Origin: an uncultured bacterium
GTDB lineage: Bacteria > Fidelibacterota > Marinisomatia > Marinisomatales > UBA1611
Direction of reading: 5' to 3'
NCBI GenBank assembly: GCA_965660855.1
Contig: CBFIBM010000006.1
Location: 32,001 to 96,000 of the forward strand
Length of the DNA: 64,000 nucleotides
The translations under genes were made by a program, and so were the position numbers. This document shows, piece after piece, positions 37,907 through 48,094 of this stretch. The notes under the pieces are model-generated. The model had not been told where the DNA came from, made no database searches, and saw nothing but the letters and a program-made list of their open reading frames with translations. Positions within the stretch are counted from its first letter, which is position 1. Every line of letters begins with the position of its first letter.

Positions 37907-38953
37907 ATGTCAAAATCAATTGAGAAAGAAATTGGGCAACTAATCATTGCAGGTTTCAGAGGAAATAAAATTAATAAGAATTCAGACATTGTTAAATATA
38001 TAAATAAATATAACATTGCAGGCGTAATTCTTTATGATGAAGATCTTGAAATTGGAGGGGCAGGATCAAGGAATATTACTTCAAAAAGCCAATTGAAAAA
38101 GTTATCTAAAGACCTCCAAAATATTTCAAAAAAGTCATTATTTATCTCTGCTGACCAAGAAGGGGGCAAAGTACATCGTTTAAAATCCGACTATGGTTAT
38201 TTAGGGACACCTTCTTGGAAACAAATTGGATTATTAGATAATGAATTGATGACAAAGGAATTTTCAGAAAACCTTTCGAATGAATTATTCAATGCTGGTA
38301 TTAATTTAAATTTTGCTCCAGTACTTGATTTAGATTACGGAGATGGTACAGTTATTTCTGATTCAAAAAGAGCCTTCACTCATAACCCAGAGACCTTAAT
38401 TAAACATGCAAGAATTTTTATAGAATCTCATAAAAACAGAGGAATAATAACATCTGGAAAGCATTTCCCAGGAATTGGAACAGGAAGAACGGATACGCAT
38501 GAAGGTTTTACTGACCTCACAAGTTCTTGGGCAATTAGAGATCTTCAACCTTTTAATGAATTGATAAAATCAAATGACCTTGATATGATAATGATTTCTC
38601 ATGCATTTGATAAAAAACTAGACCCTTTATTTCCAGCTTCCCTTTCCAAAAAAACAATACAAGAAATGCTAAGAGATGACCTTGGGTTTAATGGTGTTGT
38701 GATTTGTGATGACCCAAGCATGAGAGCAATTTCGAATCATTATAGCCTGAAAGAAACCTTTAAACTCATGATTAATGCTGGAGTTGACCTTTTTTGTTTA
38801 GGGAATAATTTAATTTATGATAAAAATTATATACCAAAATCAATTTCCGTAATATCCGAATTGGTCGATGATGGTGAAATAAATATTGAAAAAATTTATC
38901 AATCAATTGGAAGAATTAATACTTTGAAAAAAGCCTACAAACTAAATGTCTAA
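37907..38953 (+). CDS. nagZ: GH3 beta-N-acetylhexosaminidase
   Basis: IGQL...GF, DQEGGKV.RL, NFAPVLD, KHFPG.G....DTH, M.SH, PASLS, LGFNGVVICDD. Confidence 0.9.
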   Translation: MSKSIEKEIGQLIIAGFRGNKINKNSDIVKYINKYNIAGVILYDEDLEIGGAGSRNITSKSQLKKLSKDLQNISKKSLFISADQEGGKVHRLKSDYGYLGTPSWKQIGLLDNELMTKEFSENLSNELFNAGINLNFAPVLDLDYGDGTVISDSKRAFTHNPETLIKHARIFIESHKNRGIITSGKHFPGIGTGRTDTHEGFTDLTSSWAIRDLQPFNELIKSNDLDMIMISHAFDKKLDPLFPASLSKKTIQEMLRDDLGFNGVVICDDPSMRAISNHYSLKETFKLMINAGVDLFCLGNNLIYDKNYIPKSISVISELVDDGEINIEKIYQSIGRINTLKKAYKLNV

Positions 38954-39884
38954 AAATGTATCAATTGGCCTTGACTGTGGAGCATCCAAAATATTGTCTC
39001 AAGCTGCAAAAATTGATTCTTACCTTGACCTTGTAATTCCTATTGGAAAAACTATTGAGGAAGAATATCGTATGAATTTTAGATGGAATAACAAGTTCAA
39101 ACCAGTACCAATTGAAACTCAATTAGAAGAATTTAAAAATCAAAAAATTAAACTAACTTCCGAAGAAATATCTCAAGCAAATGTTATTTTAAGCCTCATA
39201 AATAAGTTTTTAAAAAATTTTAATGGAAAAAAAATAAGTATTTGCTTTCCTGGACTTAAGTCAAAAAATGGGGTAACCGTTATGGCTAATGGACCTAGAA
39301 TACCTAATCTTATAAAAGAATTAAACTACTTTAAAAATTTTTATAATGATTCAGATTGTTGTATGGTTGGTGAGCAAAAATCATCAGTTGGTAAAATGAT
39401 TAATATTAAAAATGGAATTTATTTAGGTGGTGGAACAGGAATCGCAGATGGCCTAATCATAAATGGCAAAATTATTGATTTTAGAAACGCAACTAACATC
39501 CGACGCTCTTGGCAAATTATATATCAAGGAAAGACTATTGAATCAATGCTATCACCTTCTGGAATGATTAAATCTTTCAATCACAAGTTCAATCAAAATA
39601 TAAATACTTTAGATGAGTTCATAAATTCTAAATATTCTATAGAAATTTTAATAGATGCATCTAATGCATTTTCAGAATTAATAAAAGATCGAATTAAAAT
39701 TTTTAATTTAATGGGGCAGCACCCAGAAATTATCGTTATTGGTCAGAGACTAGGTTTTTTTATTGATAAACTTGATACTAAAATAAAGGATATGTTTTTG
39801 AATTGTTCTAAAATACCATTGAGCTTTTCTACCGATAGAAGAACGGCAGCTCTTGGTGCCATTTATAAGATGTTAAATCACTAA
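38946..39884 (+). CDS. Divergent ROK/ASKHA-family sugar kinase-like protein
   Basis: IGLDCGASKI, CFPG, NDSDC...GE, YLGGGTGIADG, C-terminal AALGA. Confidence 0.65.
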   Translation: MSKNVSIGLDCGASKILSQAAKIDSYLDLVIPIGKTIEEEYRMNFRWNNKFKPVPIETQLEEFKNQKIKLTSEEISQANVILSLINKFLKNFNGKKISICFPGLKSKNGVTVMANGPRIPNLIKELNYFKNFYNDSDCCMVGEQKSSVGKMINIKNGIYLGGGTGIADGLIINGKIIDFRNATNIRRSWQIIYQGKTIESMLSPSGMIKSFNHKFNQNINTLDEFINSKYSIEILIDASNAFSELIKDRIKIFNLMGQHPEIIVIGQRLGFFIDKLDTKIKDMFLNCSKIPLSFSTDRRTAALGAIYKMLNH

Positions 39885-39887
39885 AAA

Positions 39888-41150
39888 ATGATAGAAATTT
39901 CAAATTTTCAAGAACCTATTATTTCTGTTGGAATTATACTTCCTGAAGATAAACAAAATAAATTATTAATAGTAGATTCACTAAATCAAAAAGAGTTTAA
40001 AATTGCAATAGAAAAAAATAATTTAATAGTAAATAATGAATCAATTAATTCAATCTCATTAAAAAGAAAATTTAAAAATATTGAAAATTCTTATTTTCTT
40101 TTGGATTCGGTTATTGCTGGAAGAGGATTTCATTGGCAAAAAAAAATCTCAATCAAAATTGAAGGAGATTTACATATTTCAAAGAATGCTGGTTCAATAT
40201 TTTTAGTGAATAAAATACCTTTAGAATCTTATTTAATGTGTGTCGCAACATCGGAAATGGGTGGAAAATGTCCATCAGCTTTTTTAGAAGCTCAAACAAT
40301 CGCAGCAAGATCATGGTTAATTGCTGCTGCAGAAAAAAAACATAAAGATTTAAAAATTGATGTATGTAACGATGACTGCTGTCAAAGATATCAAGGAATA
40401 AATAATTTGACTAGTTTATCAAAAAATGCCTCTAAAACTACATTTGGCGTCGTGTTAACTCATAAAAATTCTATTTGCGATACAAGATATTCAAAATCAT
40501 GTGGCGGCCACTCTGAAAATAACGAAAACGTGTGGAGAGGTCATCATAAAAAATATTTAAAAGGAATTTCGGATAATGCTATAAATAGGTCTTACAATCT
40601 AATGAATGAAGAAGACTTTGTTAGCTGGATAAAAAATCCTCCAAATTCTTTTTGCAATGATTCTATTTTTAAAAAAGGTGAATTAAAAAAATACTTAGGA
40701 AGCGTTGATGAATCTGAATCTTATTTTAGATGGAGTTGGAAAATTTCTCAAATTAAATTAACAAAAAATATCAATAAAAAAGCATTAACTAATTTTGATA
40801 ACATCCAAACTATTATTCCCATAAAAAGAGGCCTTTCAGGAAGAATATTAAAATTAAAAATTGTTGGTGAATCCAGCTCTAAAAATTCTGAGCTAATTTT
40901 AAATACTGAATATGAAATTCGTAGAATTTTACATCCAAAATTTTTATTAAGCTCTGCATTTATAATTAAAACAACTTTTTATAATAACAATTCAATACCT
41001 AATAATTTTATATTTAAGGGTTCTGGATGGGGACACGGTGTTGGGTTATGTCAAATAGGAGCTTTGAGAATGGCTCTTGACGGTAAATCATCCATACAAA
41101 TATTGAGGCATTATTTCTCATCAATTAAGGTAAAAAAGATATATGAATAA
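39888..41150 (+). CDS. SpoIID/LytB domain protein (lytic transglycosylase-like)
   Basis: LESYL.CV..SEM, EAQ.IAARS, C.DDCCQRYQG, SKSCGG, G.GWGHGVGLCQ.GA..MA..G.....IL.HY. Confidence 0.9.
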   Translation: MIEISNFQEPIISVGIILPEDKQNKLLIVDSLNQKEFKIAIEKNNLIVNNESINSISLKRKFKNIENSYFLLDSVIAGRGFHWQKKISIKIEGDLHISKNAGSIFLVNKIPLESYLMCVATSEMGGKCPSAFLEAQTIAARSWLIAAAEKKHKDLKIDVCNDDCCQRYQGINNLTSLSKNASKTTFGVVLTHKNSICDTRYSKSCGGHSENNENVWRGHHKKYLKGISDNAINRSYNLMNEEDFVSWIKNPPNSFCNDSIFKKGELKKYLGSVDESESYFRWSWKISQIKLTKNINKKALTNFDNIQTIIPIKRGLSGRILKLKIVGESSSKNSELILNTEYEIRRILHPKFLLSSAFIIKTTFYNNNSIPNNFIFKGSGWGHGVGLCQIGALRMALDGKSSIQILRHYFSSIKVKKIYE

Positions 41151-42975
41151 TACAATTGCATTACATTGGATTGACTGGGCTATCATAATCTCATACATAA
41201 TATTTTCTTTAAGTGTTGGTCTATATTTTTCAAGAAGAGCAGGCAAAAGTACAGAAGAATATTTTTTATCTGGAAGATCACTCCCATGGTGGCTAGTTGG
41301 TACATCTATGGTTGCCACTACTTTTGCAGCGGATACCCCACTTGCAATAACCGAATTTGTTCGAGGTCCTGGAATTTGGGAAAACTGGTTTTGGTGGAAT
41401 GGGTTATTAGGATCATTACTTGGAATTTTTTTATTCTCAAGACTTTGGAGAAGAGCCGAAGTTTTAACGGATAATGAATTATTAGAAATCCGTTATAGTG
41501 GGAAGCCTGCAGCTTTTCTTAGAGCATTTAAGGCTAGTTACTTTGCAATTTTATATAACTTTATTGTTATGGGATGGGTTATCAATGCTATGGCTTCTAT
41601 TGTATCAGTTATGCTTAATATGGATAAATGGACCGCTGTTTGGTTGTGTGTGATAATTGCACTTGTCTATGCAATTCTTTCTGGTTTTTGGGGTGTAGTG
41701 ATTACAGACCTCGTTCAATTTGTCATTGCTATGTTTGGCTCCATTTCTCTTGCAGTGATTGGACTTAATTATGTTGGAGGCATGGAGTCTTTATTAGATA
41801 AAATTTCACAATTAGTTGGCACAGGTATTGCTCATGAGAATACTCTTAAATTTATACCTCCCATTCCAGATGAATCTATTTCAGATATTGCTTTTTGGGA
41901 GTCTCCTTTCTCTAAATTTTTAATATTTTTATCTGTAATGTGGTGGTCACACCATGGTACAGATGGTGGCGGGTATATTATACAGAGAATGTCTTCTGCA
42001 AAAAACGAGAAGCATGCATTAATGGCAACACTCTGGTTCAATCTTGCCCATTATGCTCTACGCGTATGGCCATGGATTATTGTTTCTGTAGTTTCCATAG
42101 CTCTCTTTCCAGTAATTCCAGAAGTATACTCAGATCTTGGTACAAAAGCAGGATACCCTTTGGTGATGAATAGCCTATTAGGTCCAGGAATGAAAGGTAT
42201 TTTGATTGTTTCTTTTCTTGCAGCTTTCATGTCGACTATTGATACCCATTTAAATTGGGGTGCATCTTATTTAATCAATGATATTTATAAACGATTTTTT
42301 AAACCAGATGCATCTGAAAAGCATTATGTAATTATAGGAAAGATTTTAACAATAATTTTAATGATACTTGCAGCTTTTACATCTTTAAAAATGCAAAGTA
42401 TCTCTAAAGCCTGGGAATTTATATTTTCGATGGGAGCTGGCATTGGATTAGTCTTAGTCCTAAGGTGGTTTTGGTGGAGAATCAATGCATGGACTGAAAT
42501 TACAGCATTATCTATTTCAATAATCACTACTATTGCTCTTGAGATTATTGCTGCATATCAAACTATAATTGCAGGAAATAATTATACTTTATTTGGAAAT
42601 GAACCTGTTTTATTTGGTATCGCATTACAAATTCATCACAAGTTACTAATCATTGTACCTTTTTCAATATTTAGTTGGCTTACAGTCACATTCTTAACGA
42701 ATCCTGAACCTGTAGAAAAATTGGAAGAGTTTTATAAAAGAGTCCAGCCAGGAGGCTGGTGGAAACCAATTACTAAAAATTTCAACCACACATTACAACC
42801 TGTATTTGATGGATTTTTTATTCAATGGGTAGCAGGTGCTCTTATGATTTATGGTTTTACTTTTGGAATCGGAAATCTAATATTTATTAATTATAGTACT
42901 TCTATATTGTGTTTTGGTTGTGCATTCATTGGTTCCTTTTTAGTCTGGAATAGAGGGCTTTCAAAGCTGGATTAA
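41143..42975 (+). CDS. Sodium:solute symporter (SSS family)
   Basis: IDW.II..Y, EEYFLSGRSLPWW..G.SMVATTFA, QR..SAK, LAAFMSTID; many transmembrane segments. Confidence 0.92.
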   Translation: MNNTIALHWIDWAIIISYIIFSLSVGLYFSRRAGKSTEEYFLSGRSLPWWLVGTSMVATTFAADTPLAITEFVRGPGIWENWFWWNGLLGSLLGIFLFSRLWRRAEVLTDNELLEIRYSGKPAAFLRAFKASYFAILYNFIVMGWVINAMASIVSVMLNMDKWTAVWLCVIIALVYAILSGFWGVVITDLVQFVIAMFGSISLAVIGLNYVGGMESLLDKISQLVGTGIAHENTLKFIPPIPDESISDIAFWESPFSKFLIFLSVMWWSHHGTDGGGYIIQRMSSAKNEKHALMATLWFNLAHYALRVWPWIIVSVVSIALFPVIPEVYSDLGTKAGYPLVMNSLLGPGMKGILIVSFLAAFMSTIDTHLNWGASYLINDIYKRFFKPDASEKHYVIIGKILTIILMILAAFTSLKMQSISKAWEFIFSMGAGIGLVLVLRWFWWRINAWTEITALSISIITTIALEIIAAYQTIIAGNNYTLFGNEPVLFGIALQIHHKLLIIVPFSIFSWLTVTFLTNPEPVEKLEEFYKRVQPGGWWKPITKNFNHTLQPVFDGFFIQWVAGALMIYGFTFGIGNLIFINYSTSILCFGCAFIGSFLVWNRGLSKLD

Positions 42976-44088
42976 ATGTCGAATCCAAGAAGGCTATATT
43001 CAATTGATGTTTTAAGAGGAATAACTATATCACTAATGCTCTTAGTCAATAATCCTGGGAGCTGGGCTTTTGTCTATTCTCCTTTTTTACATGCAAAATG
43101 GCATGGTTGTACACTGGCTGATTTGGTATTCCCCTTTTTTTTGGTCTTAGTAGGTGCATCTACTAGGTTTGCATTTGTAAAATGGCACTACTACCCTTCA
43201 AAAGAGTTTCACCTTCATATTTTTTGGCGGAGTCTTTCAATTTTCATGGCTGGATTATTACTAAATGCGTACCCTTTTATAAGACAAGATTGGGATTGGA
43301 ATTCCTTTCGTGTAATGGGAGTATTACAAAGAATTGCCATTGCTTATGGAATAAGTGCATTATTAATTATAAGATATGATTTTAAAATAATTTTAAAAAT
43401 CATTACTTTTACTTTATTCTTTTACTGGAGCTTATTATTTATTTGGGAACCAGATAATCCATATGCTTTAGAATCAAATTTAGTCCGCCACATTGATGTA
43501 CTTCTTTTGGGAGAGTCACACCTTTATAAAGGTTTTGGAATTCCATTTGATCCTGAAGGCTTATTGAGCACTTTACCTGCGATTGCGACTGTATTGATTG
43601 GTTATCTTTTAGGCGGTATGTTGCATACAACCAAGAATTTTAACGACTGTGCAAAACGAATGATTACCTTAGGAATTTCTTTAGTAACCATTGGACTTTT
43701 GTGGGGATTAATATTCCCAATAAACAAAGCTTTATGGACTAGCTCTTACGTGCTTTTTACTAGTGGTGTTTGTGCATTGATGCTCGCAATTCTAACTTAC
43801 TTGATTGATGTAAAAGGATATAAAAAACACTTCAAACCATTTGAAATTTTAGGTACAAACTCAATATTTCTCTTTTTATTGTCAGGTCTTTGGACAAAAA
43901 CAATCATTTCCGTCAAACTTAATCTTGATGGTAAGCTTGTGAGTTCATATCATTATTTGTATAAAACAATTTTCTTTCCACTTGCAGGTGAGTACAATGG
44001 ATCTCTACTATTTGCAATTTCACACCTTATAATATTTTGGTTTATTCTTTTTTGGATGAATCAAAAAAAGATACAAATTAAATTATAA
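42976..44088 (+). CDS. nagX: NagX/DUF5009 HGSNAT-like membrane acetyltransferase
   Basis: RLYSIDVLRG, LVNNPG, HA.WHG.TLADLVFPFFL, GVLQRI, FDPEGLLS, PINK.LWTSSY. Confidence 0.88.
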   Translation: MSNPRRLYSIDVLRGITISLMLLVNNPGSWAFVYSPFLHAKWHGCTLADLVFPFFLVLVGASTRFAFVKWHYYPSKEFHLHIFWRSLSIFMAGLLLNAYPFIRQDWDWNSFRVMGVLQRIAIAYGISALLIIRYDFKIILKIITFTLFFYWSLLFIWEPDNPYALESNLVRHIDVLLLGESHLYKGFGIPFDPEGLLSTLPAIATVLIGYLLGGMLHTTKNFNDCAKRMITLGISLVTIGLLWGLIFPINKALWTSSYVLFTSGVCALMLAILTYLIDVKGYKKHFKPFEILGTNSIFLFLLSGLWTKTIISVKLNLDGKLVSSYHYLYKTIFFPLAGEYNGSLLFAISHLIIFWFILFWMNQKKIQIKL

Positions 44089-44991
44089 TTGAAATATCTA
44101 TTCCTATACACATTAGTTTTTAGTTTAATTATTGCTGAAAATAGTCATTATGTTGTTGTTCTAGGAATAGCACAGGATGGTGGATATCCTCAAGCTGGCT
44201 GCATTAAATCTTGTTGCTCCAGGTTGTGGAATAATGATGATGATAGCCAAATGGTTGCATCAATTGGCTTGGTCTCAGAATCAAAAAAAAGTTGGATGAT
44301 TGATGCAACGCCTGACTTCCCTAGACAATATCATATTTTGAAAGAAAAACACCAAACATCCATTAAAGGAATATTCCTGACACATGCACATATGGGCCAT
44401 TATTCAGGACTATTAAATCTTGGAAGAGAAGCAATTGGGGAAAAAAGAATGGATACATTTGTTATGTCACGAATGAAAAGTTTTCTTGAAGAAAATGCTC
44501 CTTGGAATCAGCTCATTGAACTAGAAAATATTGTTTTAAAAAAAATTTTCCCTGATAAAGAAATTCAACTTGATAAAAATTTAATTATTGAGCCAATATT
44601 AGTTCCTCATCGAGATGAATTTTCAGAAACAATTGGTTTTAAAATTATGGGTGAAAATAAATCACTTGTTTATGTACCCGATATTGATAAATGGAATATT
44701 TGGGAAAGGGATATTTTAAAAATTATACTAAATAATGATTATATTTTAATAGATGGAACATTTTTTGATAACAATGAAATTCCAAATAGAGACATGAATA
44801 AAATCCCTCATCCATTCATATCAGAGTCGATTGAATTATTTCTTGATTTAAATCGTTTTAATAGGAACAAAGTGTATTTCATTCATTTAAATCATACCAA
44901 TCCAGCAATTAAACAGAATAGTGCTGCTTACAATAAAGTATTAGAAAAAGGTTTTCATATTTCTAAACAAGACCAGAGATTTTATTTATGA
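44089..44991 (+). CDS. Metallo-beta-lactamase-fold hydrolase (PqqB-like)
   Basis: VLG.AQDGG.PQ.GC...CC, IDATPD, THAHMGHY, VPHRDE, IHLNHTNP. Confidence 0.82.
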   Translation: MKYLFLYTLVFSLIIAENSHYVVVLGIAQDGGYPQAGCIKSCCSRLWNNDDDSQMVASIGLVSESKKSWMIDATPDFPRQYHILKEKHQTSIKGIFLTHAHMGHYSGLLNLGREAIGEKRMDTFVMSRMKSFLEENAPWNQLIELENIVLKKIFPDKEIQLDKNLIIEPILVPHRDEFSETIGFKIMGENKSLVYVPDIDKWNIWERDILKIILNNDYILIDGTFFDNNEIPNRDMNKIPHPFISESIELFLDLNRFNRNKVYFIHLNHTNPAIKQNSAAYNKVLEKGFHISKQDQRFYL

Positions 44992-45746
44992 AGAAAATTT
45001 TTATTTCTGGTGCCTCATCTGGAATTGGAAAATCATTAGCTAAATCCTACTCAAAAAAAGGTTATGTCATAGGTTTGTGTTCTAGGAATATTGAAAAATT
45101 GAGATTAGTTAAAACAGAAATTGAAAACCTCGGTGGAAAAATTTTTATATATCAGTTAGATGTTCAGAATTCTGTACAGTGTAATATAGTTGCCAAACAA
45201 TTTATGAAAAATGCCGATGGCGTTGATTATGTGATAGCCAATGCTGGTATAGGTGGAAAAGATGACCTTTTTTCTGGGAAAAGTGATAATCTAAATAACA
45301 TATTAAAAACAAATTTATTTGGAGTAACGAATATTTTAATGCCTTTTATACCTACAATGAAAAAACAAAAAAGTGGTAAATTAATCTGCATTAGCTCTGT
45401 AGCAGCATATATTCCCACACCACATCATGGCGGGTATTCAGGTTCTAAAATAGCAATCAAAATGATTATTGATTCTTGGAGGCCTACTCTTAATAGTTTT
45501 AATATTAAGGCCATTACAATTTGTCCAGGTTTTATTGACACTCCTATGGTTAAAGGAGTTGGACGAAGATTTCCATTAAAATCATCTGACGAGGCAAGTG
45601 AAAAATTTTTAAATATAATTGAAAAAAATCAAGAAACATTCATTTATCCAAGATATTATAAATTGATAATATATTTTTACAGATTAATACCCAATAGGTT
45701 GTACAAACTATTAATTACTAAAATAATTAGTAAGCCAATTTCATAA
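44988..45746 (+). CDS. Short-chain dehydrogenase/reductase
   Basis: SGASSGIG, ANAG, YSGSK (YxxxK), PGFIDT. Confidence 0.92.
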   Translation: MKKIFISGASSGIGKSLAKSYSKKGYVIGLCSRNIEKLRLVKTEIENLGGKIFIYQLDVQNSVQCNIVAKQFMKNADGVDYVIANAGIGGKDDLFSGKSDNLNNILKTNLFGVTNILMPFIPTMKKQKSGKLICISSVAAYIPTPHHGGYSGSKIAIKMIIDSWRPTLNSFNIKAITICPGFIDTPMVKGVGRRFPLKSSDEASEKFLNIIEKNQETFIYPRYYKLIIYFYRLIPNRLYKLLITKIISKPIS

Positions 45747-45766
45747 ATATTATATAATATTAAGGT

Positions 45767-46330
45767 ATGAAATCATTACAAATAAGACAAATAAGTCTAT
45801 TAAAAATAGAAAATAGATTAGCAAATGTATTTTTAATAATTATTGGTTCTATTTTTATTTCAATACTTGCTCAAATTTCTTTTCAAATCCCATTTAGTCC
45901 TATCCCAATTACTGGCCAGACGTTGGGAGTTATAATTATAGGTGGTATTTTAGGTTCTAGAAGAGGTGCATTAACTGTTATGCTTTATCTTTTAGAGGGT
46001 GCATCAGGTCTTCCTGTTTTTGCAAATATGAAAGCAGGTTTTCATGTACTAATTGGTCCAACGGCTGGTTACCTTTGGAGCTTTGTTTTTGCTGCTTATT
46101 TCGCTGGTTTACTTGCTGAAAAAGGATTTACCAATAATTTTCTCAATAGTTTTTTGGTTTGCTTATTATCGACAATTATAATTTTGTTAATAGGTACAAT
46201 TTATTTAAGCTTAATCGGATCAAGTTTTGAGAAAGCAATGATTGTAGGGTTTTATCCTTTCATTATTGGCGGTATCATAAAATCTATACTTAGCTCGATA
46301 ATCATATTAAGTTTCAGAAGGCATTCTTAG
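45767..46330 (+). CDS. bioY: Biotin transporter S-component BioY
   Basis: PIPITGQT, LG..RG, YL.EG..GLPVFA, GPTAGYL. Confidence 0.92.
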   Translation: MKSLQIRQISLLKIENRLANVFLIIIGSIFISILAQISFQIPFSPIPITGQTLGVIIIGGILGSRRGALTVMLYLLEGASGLPVFANMKAGFHVLIGPTAGYLWSFVFAAYFAGLLAEKGFTNNFLNSFLVCLLSTIIILLIGTIYLSLIGSSFEKAMIVGFYPFIIGGIIKSILSSIIILSFRRHS

Positions 46331-46614
46331 TTTATAGTTTCTAAATTTTTAGCCATCGTAATACATTTGTTTGTTACACCGCCCTCATCATGAGATGTAA
46401 TTGAAACTGTAATTTTACAATAGCCTAAATTAATATCAGGGTGATGATTAGAAGTTTCTGCTATAATAGCTAAATCATTAATGAATTGAATACCATCCAT
46501 ATATTTATCAAAAGTATATTCTTTGGTGATCATATTATTTTTAAATATCCAACCATTAAGTTCAGATAAACTTTTATTTATTTTTGAAATTTCTAAAATC
46601 ATTTTTTGAATCAA
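46327..46614 (-). CDS. phhB: Pterin-4-alpha-carbinolamine dehydratase
   Basis: AE..NHHPDI, SHD.GGVT..C..MA. Confidence 0.88.
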   Translation of the reverse strand: MIQKMILEISKINKSLSELNGWIFKNNMITKEYTFDKYMDGIQFINDLAIIAETSNHHPDINLGYCKITVSITSHDEGGVTNKCITMAKNLETIN

Positions 46615-48002
46615 GCTCCATATTTTATGTTAATTTTTTTTAGTTCAAACCTCACCCAATTAATAGCAATGGCAAATGAAGCAGTGGCTGATAACATTAA
46701 TGCGTACCAGTTCCATTCAACGGGTTTATTTAAAACCATACTAAAATAATAAGCAAGAGGAGCGCCAAGACCTAAAACTCTTATCGTTGTAATTACCAAA
46801 ACTGGTAAGCCTTTTCCAAGTCCTTGCATAACTCTGCCAGATGTAATCGCAATTGCAACTAGTGGGTAAATGAAACATAATAATTTTAAAAAGCCTACAG
46901 ATATCTCTATGATTTCAGGATCATCAGTAAACCATCTTGAAAAGATGTCCGCAAAAAAATATACGAAAGTTGACGAAATCAATGTCACCAGAAATGCACT
47001 TTGAATTCCATATTTAACAATATAGTTCAATTCTACGAACTTCTTAGCTCCGTAAAACATTCCTACAAGAGTCGTCATTGCACCTGCTATTGCAAAAATT
47101 GGCAAGAAGATTAACATATCTAACCTACCAGCAACTTGATACGCTGCAACTGTTTGAGGTGAATAATGTATCAATATTTTATTAAATACACCTTGACCTA
47201 TAGCCATTATAATCATTGAAAGGGAAGCCGGTAGACCAACTCTTATTATGCCCATAAAAATCTGATTTGAAACCCTAAAATTTTTGAAATTAAAAGATAT
47301 ATATGCATGTTTTTTAATAAATAACATATATGTAAAAATTATAAATACAGTAAGTTGGGAAATGACAGTTGCTAGTGCTGCTCCTTTTACGCCAAGACCA
47401 AGACCTAAATTCCAATAATTATCTAGATCAAAAATAAAGATTGGGTCAAGTATTATATTTAAAATTGTTCCTAGCCCAGCTATCATCATTGGAAATTTCA
47501 TGTCACCTTCTCCTGCAAGGATAGATCTAAAAAAACCTGAAAAAACCATAAATGGAAGTCCAATAACAATTGAAGAAAGATATTCGTAACCTAATGATAA
47601 AATCTCCCCTTCAGCTCCAAGAATAATTAAAATACTCTCACCATAAATAATACCAGCTATTGTGAAAATAAATGATATTACTCCAGCAATTAATATTGCA
47701 TGACTGGCACTTCTATCAGCATTAAATTTATTTTTTTCCCCAATAGATCTTGCAATCGATGCTGTAACACCAGAGCCCAGCCCCATAGTTAGTCCAAGCA
47801 TCAAAAAAAAGATAGGCATATTAAAAGCAACTCCTGCGATTGCATTGCCTCCAAGCTGACCTATGAAAATCATATCGATTAAGTTATATAAAGTATGAAT
47901 TCCCATGCCAAACATTATTGGAACAGCTAATGTCCATAATGCTTTTGAAGGGTTTTTAAGAAAAGATTCTATTCTTGATTCTGAATTAGTGGATTGATCC
48001 AT
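46611..48002 (-). CDS. MATE-family efflux transporter (DinF/MepA-like)
   Basis: LAVP, LYNLIDMIFIGQLG, GEGD...PM, NIILDPIFIF, GV.GAALAT; two MatE halves. Confidence 0.92.
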   Translation of the reverse strand: MDQSTNSESRIESFLKNPSKALWTLAVPIMFGMGIHTLYNLIDMIFIGQLGGNAIAGVAFNMPIFFLMLGLTMGLGSGVTASIARSIGEKNKFNADRSASHAILIAGVISFIFTIAGIIYGESILIILGAEGEILSLGYEYLSSIVIGLPFMVFSGFFRSILAGEGDMKFPMMIAGLGTILNIILDPIFIFDLDNYWNLGLGLGVKGAALATVISQLTVFIIFTYMLFIKKHAYISFNFKNFRVSNQIFMGIIRVGLPASLSMIIMAIGQGVFNKILIHYSPQTVAAYQVAGRLDMLIFLPIFAIAGAMTTLVGMFYGAKKFVELNYIVKYGIQSAFLVTLISSTFVYFFADIFSRWFTDDPEIIEISVGFLKLLCFIYPLVAIAITSGRVMQGLGKGLPVLVITTIRVLGLGAPLAYYFSMVLNKPVEWNWYALMLSATASFAIAINWVRFELKKINIKYGA

Positions 48003-48094
48003 AGATCTTAATTTACGAGTATAATTATTATTTCTTTTAATTAATAAAAAGAATTCAAACTACTATTTGATAATTAAAATTATCAGTTAAAATT

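Noticed and set aside
39888..41150. Sporulation gene
   Set aside because: SpoIID/LytB domains are widespread peptidoglycan hydrolases; the context is a diderm cell-wall recycling cluster.
44089..44991. PQQ biosynthesis locus
   Set aside because: Only a PqqB-like MBL fold is present; no pqqA/C/D/E nearby.
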